Positions 63,894 through 64,000 of a stretch of DNA of 64,000 nucleotides are shown here, in pieces. Source of the DNA: a virus; IMG/VR virus record IMGVR_UViG_3300017917_002441, positions 85,074 through 149,073 of that record; one strand, given 5' to 3'. The notes under the pieces were generated by a model. The model was not told where the DNA came from. It saw nothing but the letters and a program-made list of their open reading frames with translations, and did no database searches. Position 1 is the first letter of the stretch. The number at the start of each line of letters is the position of its first letter. The translations under genes were made by a program, and so were the position numbers.

Positions 63894-64000
63894 GATTTCG
63901 TGAGTTTGTATCAGAGATAGAGCGCCTAAGCAAAAGCGGGTTTGAAGGCGGCAAAGAATACCTAGACAGCTACGGTAGAGAAAAGTCTGTTCAGCCATTG
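63890..64000 (+). CDS. Probable late/virion protein, 3'-truncated by the window edge
   Basis: ATGA overlap; MRFREFVSEIER... open to the window end. Confidence 0.5.
   Translation, partial: MRFREFVSEIERLSKSGFEGGKEYLDSYGREKSVQPL

Noticed and set aside
1-64000. Stop-codon reassignment, tRNA genes, integrase or transposase
   Set aside because: Known genes are full length in the standard code and end in TAA, TGA or TAG. I found no cloverleaf or recombinase motif by eye; tRNAscan-SE/ARAGORN would confirm.
1-64000. Bacterial chromosome origin suggested by metK, clpP, nadE, infA and erpA
   Set aside because: These genes are interspersed with tail-fibre, spanin, clamp-loader and PhoH genes, dense small hypothetical ORFs and TAAATA late motifs, without bacterial operon context.

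Overview
This 64-kb window looks like part of a large lytic tailed (jumbo-type, distantly T4-like) bacteriophage genome read in the standard genetic code. The host is probably an aquatic proteobacterium, inferred from host-like IF-1, FdxA, ErpA, ClpP, MetK, desaturase and phasin-like genes. Layout: (1) 1-5.9 kb, a CHASE2-adenylate cyclase converging on a late-expressed csgF-csgG-curlin-like-FecR operon. (2) 6-15 kb, lipid/PHA-related genes, lipoproteins, two ClpP homologues and an Asn-synthetase-like gene. (3) 15-32 kb, many small early genes behind near-identical sigma70-type promoter cassettes, plus MetK, a metallophosphoesterase, a methyltransferase and a ParB/DGQH-like protein. (4) 32-39 kb, host-takeover and auxiliary metabolic genes (TauD-like, Hc1-like, NadE, ferredoxin, cell-wall hydrolase, IF-1, SOD, ErpA). 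(5) 39-53 kb, tail-fibre/baseplate-type genes. (6) 53-64 kb, a DnaE fragment, GroES, clamp loader, nucleotidase, radical SAM, PhoH, an APS-kinase/NTase fusion and spanins. The most striking unexplained signals are non-coding: a ~300-nt multi-helix, pseudoknotted candidate RNA before the cell-wall hydrolase, a structured element enclosed by a perfect 19-bp inverted repeat, a T4-style RBS-occluding hairpin on the curli operon, PhaR-like operators before a phasin-like gene, and many apparently leaderless genes. I found no tRNA, CRISPR array, integrase or reverse transcriptase. All calls come from motif recognition by eye; no database search or folding program was run.
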